From NCBI GenBank assembly GCA_012960465.1, contig DUBF01000092.1, forward strand, positions 19,995 through 83,994: a stretch of 64,000 nt of DNA, written 5' to 3'. How positions within the stretch are numbered: the first letter of the stretch is position 1; every line of letters begins with the position of its first letter. The position numbers and the translations under genes are program-made. A model generated the notes under the pieces. That model did not search any database, was not told the DNA's origin, and saw only the letters and a program-made list of their open reading frames with translations. The DNA comes from Rhodospirillales bacterium (GTDB taxonomy: Bacteria > Pseudomonadota > Alphaproteobacteria > Rhodospirillales > UBA2165). Below are positions 56,512-64,000 of this stretch, piece by piece.

Positions 56512-57834
56512 ATGACCAACGTTTTTCATCGGAACCCGCACAGACAGCCTCCTATCGCATTTGATGGGCAGGGAATGTATCTAATCGATGCCAGTGGTAA
56601 AAAATATATTGATGCGTCAGGCGGGGCAGCGGTCAGTTGTTTGGGACACGGAGACCCTACGGTAATACAAGCAATACAAGAACAAGCTGAGTCGTTGGCT
56701 TTTGCGCACACAGGTTTTTTCTCAAGTGAGCCGGCCGAAACATTAGCTAATTTTTTAATTGAACGAGCACCACCTAATTTTGGTAAAGCCTTTTTTGTTT
56801 CTGGCGGTTCGGAGGCTGTTGAGGCCGCGCTTAAACTTGCCCGCCAATACCATTTAGACAATGGAGAACCGCAACGGGGTAAATTTATTGCAAGGCGCCA
56901 GAGTTACCACGGCAATACTTTAGGAGCTTTGGCAATCGGCGGCAATGAATGGCGGCGTAAACAATTTGAACCTATGCTATTTGAAGTGTCACATATTGCA
57001 CCCTGTTTTGCTTATAGAGAAAAAAAGGACGATGAAACAGAAGAAGAATACGGATTTCGTGTTGCCGATGAGCTGGAAACAGAAATTCTAAAATTAGGTG
57101 CTAATAACGTTGCAGCTTTTGTTGCTGAGACAGTTGTGGGCGCAACGGCGGGGGCTGTGCCACCTGTTCCAGGATATTTTAAACGTATTCGGGAAATTTG
57201 TGACACATATGGCGTGTTGTTGATTTTAGATGAAGTTATGTGTGGTTTGGGTCGTACCGGTACATTTTTTGCTTTTGAGCAAGATGGTATTTCGCCGGAT
57301 CTAGTTGCGGTAGCCAAAGGCCTCGCTGGCGGATATCAGCCAATAGGTGCTCTTTTATGTACAGATGACATCTACAACACTATTTTTGAGGGATCGGGAT
57401 ACTTTCAGCACGGCCATACTTACATGGGGCACCCAATTGCCTGCGCAGCTTCACTAGCCGTAATGAATGCCATTATTGAACGTCGCTTGCTAGAAAATGT
57501 TCGTGAAGTTGGTAGTTATCTGGAATTGAAATTGAATGAGACGTTTGGCGATCACCCCCATATAGGTGATATCCGCGGGCGAGGTTTATTTAGAGGTCTT
57601 GAAATTGTTAAAGACCGTAGACTTAAAGAGCCTTTTGATCCAGCTCTGAAGGTCAATATGAGGATTAGAAATGCGGCTTTCACGAATGGTATGATTTGTT
57701 ATCCAATGGGTGGAACGATAGATGGTGAACGAGGTGACCACATTCTTCTTGCGCCACCATTCATCGCTTCAAAGAATGATATAGATAGTATTATAAGTAT
57801 ACTAGAGATTGCAATTAATTCGCTTGAGGGTTGA
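56512..57834 (+). CDS. Class-III (omega) aminotransferase, PLP-dependent
   Basis: FVSGGSEAVEAALKLAR, ILDEVMCGLGRTG and VAVAKGLAGGYQPIGA (PLP lysine). Confidence 0.9.
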   Translation: MTNVFHRNPHRQPPIAFDGQGMYLIDASGKKYIDASGGAAVSCLGHGDPTVIQAIQEQAESLAFAHTGFFSSEPAETLANFLIERAPPNFGKAFFVSGGSEAVEAALKLARQYHLDNGEPQRGKFIARRQSYHGNTLGALAIGGNEWRRKQFEPMLFEVSHIAPCFAYREKKDDETEEEYGFRVADELETEILKLGANNVAAFVAETVVGATAGAVPPVPGYFKRIREICDTYGVLLILDEVMCGLGRTGTFFAFEQDGISPDLVAVAKGLAGGYQPIGALLCTDDIYNTIFEGSGYFQHGHTYMGHPIACAASLAVMNAIIERRLLENVREVGSYLELKLNETFGDHPHIGDIRGRGLFRGLEIVKDRRLKEPFDPALKVNMRIRNAAFTNGMICYPMGGTIDGERGDHILLAPPFIASKNDIDSIISILEIAINSLEG

Positions 57835-58010
57835 AGTAAGCTTGGGTTAAACTATCCTTTCTGAAGGCGTGCTAACGTTGGTTTGATATCTGTATAATAA
57901 AATTAGTCGAATGGAAATATCCACGCCTCATAAGGGCTGATAAGCTCTCATGATTTCAGTCATAACTTAACAGACTAGTATTACAAAGTTAGTCACTATG
58001 GAGGATAAAT

Positions 58011-59015
58011 ATGTTAAAAAGAACTTTAGGTCTTAGTTTGCCAGTCGTACTTGCAGTAGCTTTCTTTTTGGGGTTACCAAATCCCGATGTTGCGGCTAAA
58101 AATCGTTTTATTTCGATTGGTACGGGTGGCCCAACAGGTGTTTATTTCGTTGTAGGAAATGCTGTCTGCCGAATGGTACACAGGGAAGCTGCAGAAGGCA
58201 GGAAAAAAGGTCGAAAACATGGAATGCGCTGCTCTGCACCCTCAACAGGAGGTTCTAACTACAATATAGGTCAGATAAAAGAAGGTGAACTTCAGTTTGG
58301 AGTTGCCCAATCGGATTGGCAACATCATGCGTATAATGGAACGTCAAAATGGAAAGGTAAGCAGTACAGTAAATTACGTGCAGTATTTTCCGTACACCCC
58401 GAGCCTTTTCAGTTAATTGCTCGCAAGGGTTCAGGTATTAAGTCATGGTCAGACTTAAAGGGTAAAGTTGTAAATATTGGCAATCCTGGTTCAGGTCAAA
58501 GAGGTACAATGGAAGTACTGATGAAAAAGAAAGGTACTAAAGTTAGTGACTTCAAGCAGGCAACTGAACTTACATCGTCTGAACAGGTTGGGGCCCTATG
58601 TGATGGTAAGGTTGATGCTATCGCCTATACAGTCGGAGTACCTAATGGAGCCATTGGCCAAGCAATCGACGGCTGTGGAGCACATTTCGTGAATCTGAAT
58701 TCGTCAGTTGAGAAAGGTATGGTAAAAGCTAATCCTTATTATGCATTTGCAAATATCCCAGCAGGTGTATTTTATAAAGGTCAAAAAAGTGATGCTACAA
58801 CCTTCGGTGTGATGGCTACTTTTGTTTCCAGTTCAGATGTGGACTCAAAAACTGTTTACGAGTTGGTGCGCGCCGTTTTTGAGAATTTAGATAGTTTCAA
58901 AAAACTTCATCCCGCATTCAAAAAGCTCGATCCAAAACAAATGATAAAAAATGGTCTATCGGCACCATTGCATGATGGAGCCGTGAAGTACTACAAAGAA
59001 AAAGGCTGGATGTAA
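58011..59015 (+). CDS. TAXI-family TRAP solute-binding protein
   Basis: Signal peptide, ISIGTGGPTGVYF and C-terminal LHDGAVKYYKEKG. Confidence 0.9.
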   Translation: MLKRTLGLSLPVVLAVAFFLGLPNPDVAAKNRFISIGTGGPTGVYFVVGNAVCRMVHREAAEGRKKGRKHGMRCSAPSTGGSNYNIGQIKEGELQFGVAQSDWQHHAYNGTSKWKGKQYSKLRAVFSVHPEPFQLIARKGSGIKSWSDLKGKVVNIGNPGSGQRGTMEVLMKKKGTKVSDFKQATELTSSEQVGALCDGKVDAIAYTVGVPNGAIGQAIDGCGAHFVNLNSSVEKGMVKANPYYAFANIPAGVFYKGQKSDATTFGVMATFVSSSDVDSKTVYELVRAVFENLDSFKKLHPAFKKLDPKQMIKNGLSAPLHDGAVKYYKEKGWM

Positions 59016-59032
59016 CAGTTATTCCTGCCAAT

Positions 59033-59063
59033 AAGCCCCTCATCAAGTGGGGGGCTTTTTTTT
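59033..59063 (+). terminator. Rho-independent-type terminator or attenuator between the TAXI binding-protein and permease genes
   Basis: AAGCCCCTC / GTGGGGGCTT stem (about 9 bp including a G-U pair) with a 7-nt loop, followed by T8. Confidence 0.65.
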
Positions 59064-59080
59064 ATTTCTTAGAGGATTGA

Positions 59081-61438
59081 TTGAAAACTAAAATGCAAAA
59101 TTCCTCAGACCAGATTAATGAGTTGGAAGGTCGAGCTCGCACGCTTTATAGTTGGCAATTGGTCTTAACGGCTTCAATAGCTTTTTGCTGGTCATTGTTT
59201 CAACTATGGTATGCGTCACCGTTGCCATATTTTTTCAAGATGGGTGTGTTTATAGATGTTCCTGCAAGAGGTATTCACTTAGCTTTTGCTGTTGCAATTT
59301 GCTTCTTATTATTTCCAGCAACTAAAATACTCGGGGATAAAAGATTTAATGTTTTAGACGTTTTGTTCTCTCTATCGGCTAGTTTTTGCAGTCTGTACCT
59401 ATATTTAGAGTACGTCGCTCTGGTGGACCGCAACGGTGTCTTGTTAAAAATTCCTGTCACATTATTTGGTTTGAATTTTACTTTTCCACTTGAAATGATA
59501 ATTGGTGGCTGCGGAATTATATTACTTCTGGAGGCAACACGACGGGCAATTGGATTACCCTTAGTGATCGTCGCAACGGTTTTTTTATTTTATTCCTTAT
59601 CGGGCCAATTCATGCCTGATTTAATTTCCCATCAGGGTCTATCTCCCGTGCGATTAGTTGGATACCAGTGGCTTGGAGGTGAGGCGATATTTGGAATTCC
59701 TATATCTGTCTCCGTAAGTTTTGTATTTCTCTTTGTCCTATTTGGCTCAATGTTGGACGAGGCGGGAGGCGGTAAATACTTTTTAAACCTGGCGGTAGCG
59801 CTAGTGGGGAGATTTAGAGGGGGGCCGGCTAAAGCTGCTATATTAGCCTCAGGTTTAACCGGGATGATTTCCGGATCTTCGATTGCTAACGTAGTCACTA
59901 CTGGAACATTTACTATTCCCACGATGAAACGAACGGGGTTTTCTGCTGTAAAGGCTGGCGCAATAGAAGTGGCCGCGTCAGTTAATGGTCAAATTATGCC
60001 GCCAATAATGGGTGCAGCTGCGTTTATAATTGCTGAAATGCTGGGTATTACATATTTTCAGGTTATAACTCATGCAATTATACCGGCGGCTATAACGTAT
60101 TTAGCACTTTTTTTTATTGCTCATATAGAAGCCCACAAACACGGCTTGACCCGAATGGAAGAGCAAGATATTCCCAAGCTTTGGCCGACTTTTATTTCAG
60201 GAATTCATTATTTAATCCCTATAATAATTCTAGTCTACTTACTCATAATCGAGAGATGGACCGCGGGAAGTGCGGTTTTTTACAGTGTGCTGGGCTTAAT
60301 GGTAATAATACTTGGACAAGCCGTATACACCGGTGGGATGGGTTCCGGAAGGCAAGTTGTAATGAGTTTGCTTAACGGGTTTAAACAAATTGCAACGGGG
60401 ATGGTGCGGGGAGCAACCAATATGGTTCCAGTTGCTATCGCTATTGCTTGCGCCGGAATAATTGTCGGCTCGGTTTCTTCAACAGGTCTCAGTAACGCTA
60501 TGGTTGAAGTTGTCGAGATCGTCTCAGGCGGTAATTTTTATGTCTTACTGTTTATGGTAATGATACTATGTCTAGTTTTAGGTTTAGGTTTGCCAACCAC
60601 TGCAAACTACCTTGTCGTGGCCGCGTTACTTGCGAATGTTGTTGTAGAGATTGGAGGCGCATCTGGATATATACTACCGCTAATATCCGTGCATTTGTTC
60701 GTATTTTATTTTGGGTTAATGGCCGACGTAACGCCGCCCGTCGGATTGGCTGCTTACGCAGCAGCAGGGATATCGGGAGCAGATCCTATTAAGACAGGAA
60801 TTCAGGCCTTTTGGTACGAGATTCGAACCGCTATTCTACCCTTTGTATTTATTTTTAATCCTGAACTTCTGCTTATTGGTATAACTAGCTTTTGGCATGC
60901 AATTTTGATTTTTGGTGTATCTCTAATTGCAATATTGTGCTTTACAGCGGCAACGCAAGGATGGCTACTAACTAAACTTAAGATAATAGAAGTTGTCGGT
61001 CTGTTATTTGTTACGCTCTCACTTTTCAGACCTGATGTGGTGGTGGGATTTTTCTCGCCAGAGTATGTGCAAGTTGAGGTTGATAAAAAACTTCAAGTAA
61101 ACTCAACTAACTCGAGAAATATGCGCATACATATTACTCGCAGTACACCATATGGTGATCGTTTTAGGCTGTATAAATTTGAGGTTAAAGCCCAAAAAAT
61201 AATTAAACTGGATGATTATCTAGGATTTTCTTTACGGCGCGAGAATGGTAGATATCTTATTGATCAATTAAGATTTGATGGGAGAGCTAAAAAACAAGGC
61301 ATTGATTTTGATGACGAGTTAACAGCCATCGAGCTAAGCAATCAAAACCATTTAAATAGGAATTGGGGTTATGTCTTTGGTCTCTTGCTATTGGCTTTTA
61401 TTTTGTTCCGGCAAAAGAAAAAGTTGTCGACAGTATAA
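59081..61438 (+). CDS. TAXI-type TRAP transporter fused permease with a C-terminal extension (DUF3394-like) and terminal TM helix
   Basis: 785 aa with GGPAKAAILASGLTGMISGS, as in the first permease. The last ~130 aa are soluble-looking and end in the WGYVFGLLLLAFILF helix. The start is TTG 59081 or ATG 59093. Confidence 0.9.
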   Translation: MKTKMQNSSDQINELEGRARTLYSWQLVLTASIAFCWSLFQLWYASPLPYFFKMGVFIDVPARGIHLAFAVAICFLLFPATKILGDKRFNVLDVLFSLSASFCSLYLYLEYVALVDRNGVLLKIPVTLFGLNFTFPLEMIIGGCGIILLLEATRRAIGLPLVIVATVFLFYSLSGQFMPDLISHQGLSPVRLVGYQWLGGEAIFGIPISVSVSFVFLFVLFGSMLDEAGGGKYFLNLAVALVGRFRGGPAKAAILASGLTGMISGSSIANVVTTGTFTIPTMKRTGFSAVKAGAIEVAASVNGQIMPPIMGAAAFIIAEMLGITYFQVITHAIIPAAITYLALFFIAHIEAHKHGLTRMEEQDIPKLWPTFISGIHYLIPIIILVYLLIIERWTAGSAVFYSVLGLMVIILGQAVYTGGMGSGRQVVMSLLNGFKQIATGMVRGATNMVPVAIAIACAGIIVGSVSSTGLSNAMVEVVEIVSGGNFYVLLFMVMILCLVLGLGLPTTANYLVVAALLANVVVEIGGASGYILPLISVHLFVFYFGLMADVTPPVGLAAYAAAGISGADPIKTGIQAFWYEIRTAILPFVFIFNPELLLIGITSFWHAILIFGVSLIAILCFTAATQGWLLTKLKIIEVVGLLFVTLSLFRPDVVVGFFSPEYVQVEVDKKLQVNSTNSRNMRIHITRSTPYGDRFRLYKFEVKAQKIIKLDDYLGFSLRRENGRYLIDQLRFDGRAKKQGIDFDDELTAIELSNQNHLNRNWGYVFGLLLLAFILFRQKKKLSTV

Positions 61439-61477
61439 ATTTTATAGACAAATTTAATTTATATCCTTTATAGCTTT

Positions 61478-61508
61478 AAAAGGGGAAAAATTAATCCTCT
61501 CCCCTTTT
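61478..61508. terminator. Bidirectional terminator-like hairpin between convergent genes
   Basis: AAAAGGGGA / TCCCCTTTT 9-bp stem with a 13-nt loop. A/T runs flank it on both strands. Confidence 0.55.
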
Positions 61509-61548
61509 GTTGTACTATAATAATTTCTTAAACTGTGCCGGCCAAAGT

Positions 61549-61935
61549 TTATTTAGATTTCAAATATGCGATCACGTTTGCCCGGTCAGTCGCTTTCTTT
61601 AGCTTGTACACCATTTTTGACTTATTACCATTTTTTGCTTTAAGCCATTTTTTAGGATTTTTGAGCCAGCCATCTAGATTTTCTTCATTCCATTTCCAGT
61701 CGGCTTTTTTGAGGCCTTTATATTTCTTATAGCCTGGCGCCGTGCCTGCGGTTCTTCCAACAATTCCAGCCAAGGATGGCCCGGTTTTATTTTTGCCTGC
61801 TTTAACGGCATGGCAGGCTTTACACTTCTTGAAAACTTTCTTCCCTTTTGCTGCATCTCCACCAGCTGATGCAGTATTTGCATATAAAGAGGTTAAAAGG
61901 ATTAAGCTGAAGGTCATAAAGCCGCGAATTAACAT
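61549..61935 (-). CDS. Class I c-type cytochrome (c2/c550-like), periplasmic
   Basis: Signal peptide ...ANTASA/GG, heme motif CKACH, and a distal Met region KMVYKL. 128 aa. Confidence 0.9.
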   Translation of the reverse strand: MLIRGFMTFSLILLTSLYANTASAGGDAAKGKKVFKKCKACHAVKAGKNKTGPSLAGIVGRTAGTAPGYKKYKGLKKADWKWNEENLDGWLKNPKKWLKAKNGNKSKMVYKLKKATDRANVIAYLKSK

Positions 61936-62200
61936 AGAAAAAACTCCTAATAGTACTAGTTAATTTCTGTTCGAAACAATTCGAATTAGAAATTTAGCAA
62001 AACGCTTTAATAGAGGTCCTTACTTTAAACCAATTACGTAATTTTGCGTAATATAGTCAGCCTATCAAAGATGACAACCCTAAGATATAACAATATCGTT
62101 ACAAATGCGGTAATTGGGGCTCGTGATAACTTAGTATGTTTAATTAGCCACCTCGACTATAATCATTTTGATCCGTTATAAAGCATAATAGCAGCTAGAT

Positions 62201-63292
62201 TTAGATTTTTTCAAGATCCTGCCATATGGAATAATCTCTTCTGAATTCGCGTAAAGATTCTAATATTTGTTTAAATTCTGTGTTGGAGGTCGATTGTGAA
62301 TTCGCGACAGATAACCATGAGCTTTTCAGGGTTCTAATGATATCCGGTGGAAATCTTCTCACTTCGACACCCGAAATAACAATCTTTTTTAATGTGTCAA
62401 ACTGGACAGCCTCGTTAGCTGCCATACTGTGTGTAATATTGGCCATGCAGGCAGACTCAATCATTTTTCTTTGGTTTGTGCTTAGGTTTTTCCATTTTGT
62501 TAAATTGAACATTAAATCAATAAAGCTTGCTTGTTGAAACCACCCTGGAAAATAATAATATTTAGCGTATTTTGACAACCCAAGATAAAGATCTGTGGCA
62601 GGCGTTGAAAAAGCGACGGCATTAACTTTCTCTAGTTTTAGCCAGGATAAAAAATTAGATGGTTTAATCTTAACGGTCGTTGCGCCGACAGCCGTATAGA
62701 CTTTAGAGATTAATCCGCTGGCTGCGATTTTGCTCTTCCTTAAATCATTTAATGTGGTAATTTCGTGATTAAACCATCCTGCACCAGCTGCGCCAGTTAT
62801 ACCGCATACCATACTATGAATATTATGACGAGAATATAGGTTCTCATATAATTTTTGGCCGCCATGTTGACGGAACCAAGTCAAATAGGGGACCATATCT
62901 GGACCAAATGGTACCGAGCTGAAAAGTTCAAAGGCTGGTGACTTATGGCTCCAAAATCGCGAGCTAGATAAAGCTGTGTCGACAGCCCCTGAGGAGACGG
63001 CATCAAATAAATTGTGAGTTGGGATCAAGGCCTCGGGCTCATAGAAATTTATTATGATACTTCCATTACTGATTTTTTTTAGTCGCTTGACTAATATTGG
63101 ACCGAGGTCACCAGTGATTGGCATGGTGCTAGAAAAAGCGCTTGCAAGACTTAAATTAGCAACATTACCCAGTTGAATATTAGCATTCCTGAGTTTATTT
63201 TCAGGGCCTTTTTTGTATTCTGGCGCTGTTTTGGCTGCAATTATTACCCCAATTGCTAAACCTATAACTATACCGCTAATAAAACCGCGCAT
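62201..63292 (-). CDS. DctP-type TRAP solute-binding protein (COG4663-like), orphan in this window
   Basis: 363 aa with FYEPEALIPTHNLFDAVSSGAVD..., SVPFGP..., GAAGAGWFNHEITTLNDLR motifs. The N-terminus looks like a TM anchor (GFISGIVIGLAIGVIIAA). Confidence 0.75.
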   Translation of the reverse strand: MRGFISGIVIGLAIGVIIAAKTAPEYKKGPENKLRNANIQLGNVANLSLASAFSSTMPITGDLGPILVKRLKKISNGSIIINFYEPEALIPTHNLFDAVSSGAVDTALSSSRFWSHKSPAFELFSSVPFGPDMVPYLTWFRQHGGQKLYENLYSRHNIHSMVCGITGAAGAGWFNHEITTLNDLRKSKIAASGLISKVYTAVGATTVKIKPSNFLSWLKLEKVNAVAFSTPATDLYLGLSKYAKYYYFPGWFQQASFIDLMFNLTKWKNLSTNQRKMIESACMANITHSMAANEAVQFDTLKKIVISGVEVRRFPPDIIRTLKSSWLSVANSQSTSNTEFKQILESLREFRRDYSIWQDLEKI

Positions 63293-63463
63293 TTTGCTAT
63301 TTATAACCTCTATAAATCGTAACTACCGGGTTTTGAATTTATTTATTTTAATTTACACTATAACGTTGGAAGCCAGTTTAAATTTTAACTGAATAAAGCA
63401 TGGCTAAACGGCTGAAGTGTTGTTGTGAAAAACATATTAAACTCAAAAAGTGATAAGTAAAAT

Positions 63464-64000
63464 TTAATAAGCCCTGTTGATACAGAAGTCGATGGCATCG
63501 ATCAGGGCCGCTTTTTCGGGACAGTCCTTAAAAATACCCATTGCATCTCGGGCTATAGCACCATAATGCCGAGCACGTTCAACAGTGTCTTGAAGTGACC
63601 GATGTTTGTTTGTTAGTTCGATGGCATATTCAAGATCGCCTTCTTTTTGGTTAAGATCCTCAAGTGTCCGACGCCAGAATACCCGTTCTGTGTCATTACC
63701 ACGGTGAAATGCTAAAATGACGGGTAGGGTAACTTTACCCTCTCTAAAGTCGTCACCAACAGTCTTGCCAAGATCACTTTGTTTGGCAGAATAATCTAGC
63801 ATGTCATCAATTAGCTGAAAGGTGATGCCGAGGTTCATTCCGAAAGTCTCAAGCGCGTCTTCTTCGACCTTTGGTCGGTTGGCAACAAGCGCACCAATTT
63901 TGCAGGCTGCGGAAAATAGTTGTGCTGTTTTGGCTTGGATGACTTCAAGATATCGTGTCTCTCCAGTCTGAGTATCATTTGTCGTTGTTAATTGAAGGAC
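63464..64000 (-). CDS. ispB: Long-chain polyprenyl (octaprenyl-type) diphosphate synthase; N-terminal part lies beyond the window end
   Basis: The frame stays open upstream of the tracked Met to the window edge (...VLQLTTTNDTQTGETRYLEVIQAKTAQLFSAACKIGALVANRPKVEEDALETFGMNLGITFQLIDDMLDY). The second Asp-rich motif DDMLD is present. Confidence 0.8.
   Translation of the reverse strand, partial: VLQLTTTNDTQTGETRYLEVIQAKTAQLFSAACKIGALVANRPKVEEDALETFGMNLGITFQLIDDMLDYSAKQSDLGKTVGDDFREGKVTLPVILAFHRGNDTERVFWRRTLEDLNQKEGDLEYAIELTNKHRSLQDTVERARHYGAIARDAMGIFKDCPEKAALIDAIDFCINRAY

Noticed and set aside
60818-60831. tRNA T-arm-like string GAGATTCGAACCGC.
   Set aside because: It lies inside the TRAP permease coding frame. 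It has no flanking acceptor, D or anticodon stems and does not match GGTTCGAATCC. It is not a tRNA.
1-64000. Search for CRISPR arrays, long tandem repeats, toxin-antitoxin pairs, restriction-modification or other defence genes, prophage or transposon remnants, and rRNA/tRNA genes.
   Set aside because: Reading both strands, I found no regularly spaced direct repeats, no nuclease, methylase, integrase or transposase-like ORFs, and no structured RNA gene signatures. All ORFs of 150 aa or more are explained by metabolic, transport or regulatory families.

Overview
This 64-kb window is densely coding chromosomal DNA. Gene content (two TAXI-type TRAP transporters, a Liv-type ABC system, three acyl-CoA ligases, many small catabolic operons) suggests a moderately AT-rich marine proteobacterium, probably an alphaproteobacterium; that assignment is inference only. 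I support about 55 protein-coding genes. I found no rRNA, tRNA, CRISPR array, transposase, integrase, phage or recognisable defence genes. Housekeeping genes (purC, apt, a c-type cytochrome, an ispB-like prenyl synthase) sit between paralog-rich catabolic and transport modules.

The best candidate for an undescribed system is a minus-strand operon at 8090-12783 with a divergent CoA ligase (to 14486). It encodes a BenC/MmoC-architecture reductase, an MFE-2-type hydroxyacyl-CoA dehydrogenase, a very small (237 aa) PaaA-like diiron protein with a complete ExxH ligand set, an FAH-family C-C hydrolase and an ACMSD-type amidohydrolase. It reads as an O2-dependent CoA-thioester pathway that I cannot match to paa, box or any other characterised route.

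Other points seen directly in the sequence:
- A COG0523 GTPase, missing from the ORF track, lies immediately behind an M24 hydrolase.
- An exact 18-bp LacI-type palindrome occurs twice. It links a LacI regulator to an E1alpha/E1beta/E2 2-oxoacid dehydrogenase operon and to a divergent dehydrogenase gene with an extended -10 promoter.
- An alpha/beta-hydrolase has its conserved N-terminus (HG motif) upstream of the first ATG, in frame directly behind the TAG stop of the upstream citE-like gene. An SD-spaced ATT is the only plausible start.
- An NtaA/DszA-type flavin monooxygenase is broken by a +1 frameshift in a T8 run and by an in-frame TAA.
- A D-2-hydroxyacid dehydrogenase homolog lacks the catalytic His.
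- A histidinol-dehydrogenase paralog sits with an SDR and a TAXI-TRAP system, resembling an HpsN-type module.
- Several strong intergenic palindromes and repeats are present.

All functional calls come from by-eye motif recognition without database searches.
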